From Psammoneis japonica (lineage: Eukaryota): a DNA stretch of 64,000 bases. The stretch is taken from assembly GCA_008632985.1 (NCBI GenBank), contig QPGO01000109.1, positions 186,001-250,000 on the forward strand. The letters are read 5' to 3'. The notes under the pieces are model-generated. The model was not told the DNA's origin. It saw nothing but the letters and a program-made list of their open reading frames with translations, and searched no databases. Of this stretch, positions 59,271-64,000 are shown in pieces. Each line of letters opens with the position of its first letter. Within the stretch, counting starts at the first letter, position 1. A program made the position numbers and the translations under genes.

Positions 59271-62200
59271 ACAGTGGGACCTTGTCAGGCTGCTGAGGTC
59301 ATCTTGGCTCTTGGCCAGCATCAGAGAGTGCAACCTTGTGACTCGCACTTTCCTTGTGAGGCCCAGTCAAAAGCACTGCTGCCAAAAATGCCAGCCTGTT
59401 GACTTCACATGTTGCCAACACTCCAAGCTGACAAAATGTGTGTGCTTTGTCTGACACATCTCAGTGCTTTCCTGACAACTGTGTGCAGACCAAACAAGTG
59501 CACACAACAGCTGTCTTGCATGCTTTGGTGCGGCGCTGGGTGGCTTGTTGTGTGCTGCAAATGTTTTCAATGCTTGTCTGATGTTTTTAAATTGAGCTTG
59601 GTTTTAACTTCCTCCCACTGCCCTGTGCAGCTAACTCACCACCACCTGTTGACTGAACATGCAACCCACATTGTCGTGCTTCCCACAGAGCAGTGCTTCT
59701 GCACACACAGATTTCCAGCAGCACATGCTCTGCAAAAGCGTGTGCCCTCTCCTCAAACACAGAAGATCCAGAGTGCCCAGCATTGTGATTTGCCCCAAAG
59801 TTGGCATGCTGAAGTTTGCCCCACAAAGTTGGCATGCACAGTTTCTCCCCAAAGTTGGCATGTGCCAAATTTGGTGCCAAAGTTGTTGGCATGCCGAATT
59901 TTGCCCAAAGTCAGCATGCCAAGTTTCCCCAAAGTTGGGCTCTGAGTTTTGTGCCAAAGTTGGCATGCCAAATTTTGCCCCAAAGTTGGTCTGCTGAGTT
60001 TCACTCCAAAGTTGGCATGCCGAGTTTCGCCCCAAAGTTGGCATGCCAAGTTTGGCTCCAAAGCTCATGCGCCAACTTTGTGGCACCAAAGTTGGCATGC
60101 CAAGTTTTGCCCCAAAGTTGGTCTGCCGAGTTTCACCCCAAAGTTGGCATGCACAGTTTTGCTCCAAAGTTGGCACACACAGTTTTACCCAAAAGTGGTT
60201 GACCTGCCAATTTTTGCCCCAAAGCTGGCATGCCAAGGTTGCTGATCAAGCGAGCATGCCAAGTTTGGCATGGCATGCCGAGATTCACACCAAAGTTGGC
60301 ATGCCGAGTTTTGCCCCAAAGTTGGCATGCCAAGTTTGGCACCAAATTTGGCATGCCAAGTTTTGCCCCAAAGTTGGCATGCCGAGTTTTGCCCCAAAGT
60401 TGGCATGCCAAGTTTTGCTCCAAAGTTGGCATGCCAAGTTTTGCCCCAAAGTTGGCATGCCGAGTTTTGCCGCAAAGTTGGCATGCCAAGTTTTGCTCCA
60501 AAGTTGGCATGCCAAGTTTGGCCACAAAGTTGGCACGCCAAGTTTTGCTGCCGCAAAGTTGGCATGCTGAATTTTGCCCCAAAGTTGGCATGCCGAATTT
60601 TGCGTCCAATCTGTGGGATCAGCATTGCTGTGGACAGCCTGCAGACACACGAAAGTGGCATCATTGGTGGCCACGGTGGGGATGCCCACTGCACTTGCCC
60701 CAAAGTTGGCACGCTGAGTTTGGCACCAAAATTGGCATGCCGAGTTTCACCCCAAAGTTGGCATGCTGAGTTTTGCCCCTCAGGTGACAGTGGGACCTTG
60801 TCAGGCTGCTGCTGGGGCTGTCTTGGCTCTTGGCCAGCATCAGAGGGTGCAACCTTGTGACTCGCACTTTCCTTGTGAGGGCCCAGTCAAAAGCACTGCC
60901 ACCGAAATGCCAGCCTGTTGACTTCTCACTCACATTGCCATCACTCTAAGCTGACAAAATGTGTGCTTCATCTGATGCATCTCAACGCTTTCCTGACAAC
61001 TCTGCAGACCAAACAAGTGTGCACAACAGCTGCCTTGTGCTTTGGCATGGCGCTGGGTGGCTTCTTGTGTGCTGCAAATGTTTTCAATGCTTGTCTGATG
61101 TTTTCAAATTGAGCTTGGTTTTAACTTCCTCCCACTGCCCCTGTGTGGCTAACTCACCACCATCTGTTGACTGAACATGCATCTCACATTGTCATGCTTC
61201 CCACAGAGAAGTGCTTCTGCACACACAGATTTCCAGCAGCACACATGCTCTGCAAAAGCATGTGCCTTCTCCTCAAACACAGAAGATCCAGAGTGCCCAG
61301 CACTGTGATTTGCCCCAAAGTTGGAACACCAAGTTTTGCCCCAAAGTTGGCATGTTGAGTTTTGCCCCACAAAGTTGGTGCGCACATTGTCTCCCCAAAG
61401 TTGGCGCATGCCAATTTTTGCCCCAAAGTTGGCATGCCAAGTTTGCCCCAAAGTCAGCATGCACAGTTTTGCCCCAACGTTGGCATGCTGAGTTTCACCC
61501 AAAAGTGGTCGACCTGCCAAATTTTGCCCCAAAGCTGGCATGCCAAAGTTGCTGACCAAGTGAGCATGCCAAGTTTGGTGCAGCATGCCAAGATTCATGC
61601 CAAAGTTGGCGTGCCAAGTTTTGCCCCAAAGTTGGCATGCCGAGTTTGGCGCCAAATTTGGCATGCCGAGTTTTGCCCAAAAGTTGGCATGCCAAGTTTC
61701 AAACCAAAGTTGGCATGCTGAGTTTCGGCCGAAAGTTGGCCTGCCAGGTTTTGCCCCAAAGTTGGCATGCTGAGTTTCGCCCAGAAGTTGGCCTCCCAAG
61801 TTTGACGCCAAAGTTGGCATGCCAAATTTGCTGCTGTTGGCACCAAAGTCAGCATGCTGAGTTTTGCCCCCAAGTTGGCATGCCAAGTTTTGTGCCCAAG
61901 TTGGCATGCCAAGTTTTGCCCCAAAGTTTGCTTGCATCTCGTCATTCACAACATGATGATGACAACACACGTGCTTGAACCGGCAACCCAGAATTGGGTT
62001 GAGGTCACTTGCTTGATGAAGTTGCCCCACCTGCATTCGACAACCCCAATGAACATCCAAGGAAGACATGGGAGACAGAGTGCTGTCCCACTCATTGTGT
62101 GGGGATGTGCGCCAATTTGCAGCAGAAGGTGCTGCCTTCAATGTCAACTGGGGTGACACAGCCATCAATGGTGGCAATGTGCTGCAGGCTGTCAGGAACC

Positions 62201-62300
62201 TTGAGCAACCAGTCGTTGATGTCTCATGTTTGTGCTGCTCAAGCTGTCCACAAGAGTGCATGCCAAGTTTTGCATCCCCCAAAAAGTTGGCATGCCCAAT
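59271..62300. repeat. ~1.5-kb tandem duplication, each unit containing a 26-bp satellite array
   Basis: acagtgggaccttgtcaggctgctg at 59271 and 60788; arrays of CCAAAGTTGGCATGCCAAGTTTTGCC at ~59790-60780 and ~61310-61930. Confidence 0.9.
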
Positions 62301-63689
62301 GCTGTGATGTCCCAATCAGAGCTGGAGTGTGCCCAAAGTCAGAGGCACACCACTGCATGCACCATGCAGCACCTGCTGCTGACACAATGTCGGGGCCCTG
62401 AGGACGGCATGTGTGCGCCATTGTGCACTTCTGTGCACGCTGTTGGCAACACAATGCTGAGCACAATGTCGCAGCAGCTGTGCAACAAAGACAGCAATGC
62501 AAAGTGATGCAGTGTGAAAGAGGAGGAGAAACATGGTGATGGGCACCTGTTTTTTTTTCATTGACCACTCAGTGGTCAGTGATTGCAAACTTTTTTGTGT
62601 TGGGCAGTCAGTCAGGCAGTCGGGCAGTCGGTCGGGTTGTCGGTCCATCTGAATTTGAGAGTGTGTCCCTCGGATTTTGGAACGGCATGGGTTGTTTGGT
62701 GCAAATGAATTGTTTGGATTCGCAGAATGATTGTTGAGGACATCAGATGTTGTGGGGACATCCTAAAAAGTTGATGAATTCCCTGTGATGGGTGCATGGA
62801 ACGTTTTTTCAGGAGAGCTTGAAAGTGCTTTAAAATTGGGGTTGCTGGCGTGGCATGTTGAAAAATGCACTGAGCTTTGAATGAAGAGAATTCATTGTGA
62901 ATTGCACACAAAACAGTCGTGTTGGAAAAAACATGTCAAACAATGACTGTGTTTGTGCGATGCACCATTTTGGCAATGAATTGGAAAAAAGAGTGTCCGT
63001 GCACCTCGCCACAGCCCCAAGAATGACACGAGCCACAAAATGCAACAGTCATCCACGTCACCGTTGCCGGTGGCCATGCCACACAGCTGCCACAATGCCA
63101 GCCCCCCATCGGTGCCATGCAGCAGGGCCCTGCATGCTGGCAGGAGGGGGCAATGCAGCACACAACGGCACACACCCACAAAGAAAGACAAGTGATCAAT
63201 TCTCCCCACAGGCCTGGTTTTTTGCTGAACGCTCTTTTTTTTTTTGCTGGCGGCAAGCCTGATGTTTGTGTGTGGACATTTGTGTGTGCAACATTGGGCA
63301 ATCAGTGCCACCACATTGTCCACACATGTGGCTGCAACAACTGAAAAATGTGAGTGCTCTGTGATCCTGCAAGCAATGCTGTGCCTTCACACATGCATGT
63401 TTGAAATTTCAAATTTTCCGCGACTTGTCGAAACGCAATGACAGTGGCGACCACGAAAAATGCAATGCACTCCATCAATGGCCACAAGCAAACTCACCAC
63501 AATGCTGACACATGTCAACAGCAGCATGTGACTCATTTCATGTGCGCGTGCCTTGCTGGGCTTTGATGTTGATTGATTGCTGTGAAAACAGCTGCAACGT
63601 TCAATTTTTTGCCCATCGCTTTTCGACTGCACAAGCCAACAATGAGCCTGTTGCACCTGCACTTGTCAATTCTGCCGCACATGAGTTCT

Positions 63690-63791
63690 CACGAGATGCA
63701 ATGCACTGTTGATTGTTGTGGCTCTTGAAGGTGACACCAAGTTCACGAGATGCAACACACTGTTGATTGTTGTGGCTCTTGAAGGTGACGC
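63690..63791. repeat. 54-bp tandem duplication
   Basis: cacgagatgcaa..cactgttgattgttgtggctcttgaaggtgac at 63690 and 63744. Confidence 0.85.
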
Positions 63792-64000
63792 TGTTGAAGA
63801 AACGGCAAACATGTGGAGTTGCCATGGTGTGGTGGTTCTTGCGGTTTCCGGCTGTGGCATTTTAATGGCAAACCTGCTGTGCTGAAACTGAGTTGTGCTT
63901 GTTGAGTTAGCATGGCTGCCTCTTTGTGCATCATGTGCCCATCATTCTCAGTGGCGGGGCTGCCAGAAAAAAAAGACGTTGTGTTTGGCAGAAAAAAAAC

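Noticed and set aside
59790..61930. CRISPR-like array
   Set aside because: Units are head-to-tail with no unique spacers, there are no cas genes, and the context is eukaryotic.
1..64000. Alternative genetic code (Cys/His codons read as Tyr)
   Set aside because: Host genes use TAY for conserved Tyr, and the same TA loss is seen in non-coding MITEs.

Overview
Eukaryotic nuclear DNA, most likely from a pennate diatom (inferred from short GT-AG introns, bipartite targeting peptides, a signal-peptide double-SET protein and diatom-type Gypsy/Copia elements). Gene islands (about 6.6-12.5, 22.5-24.3 and 30.6-49.3 kb) encode a DUF2439 protein, an HA-repeat helicase, TVP23, a SET protein, two Cys-rich GACC-repeat secreted proteins, a TTC1-like TPR protein, a 2H-phosphoesterase-like protein and a SulP transporter. 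They alternate with transposon blocks holding a DDE transposase relic, a Sola2-like element, full-length Gypsy and Copia elements, three MITE types and a 26-bp satellite. The main discovery is that the transposon blocks have been almost stripped of the dinucleotide TpA by TA->TG and TA->CA transitions (A:T->G:C, on both strands). Tyr codons become Cys/His (reverse transcriptase YxDD reads CVDD in both retroelements), stop codons appear to be erased, and paired repeat copies in the window show the change site by site. Genes are untouched. This looks like a transposon-targeted hypermutation system with the opposite polarity to fungal RIP. All alignments and counts were done by eye; no database searches were run.
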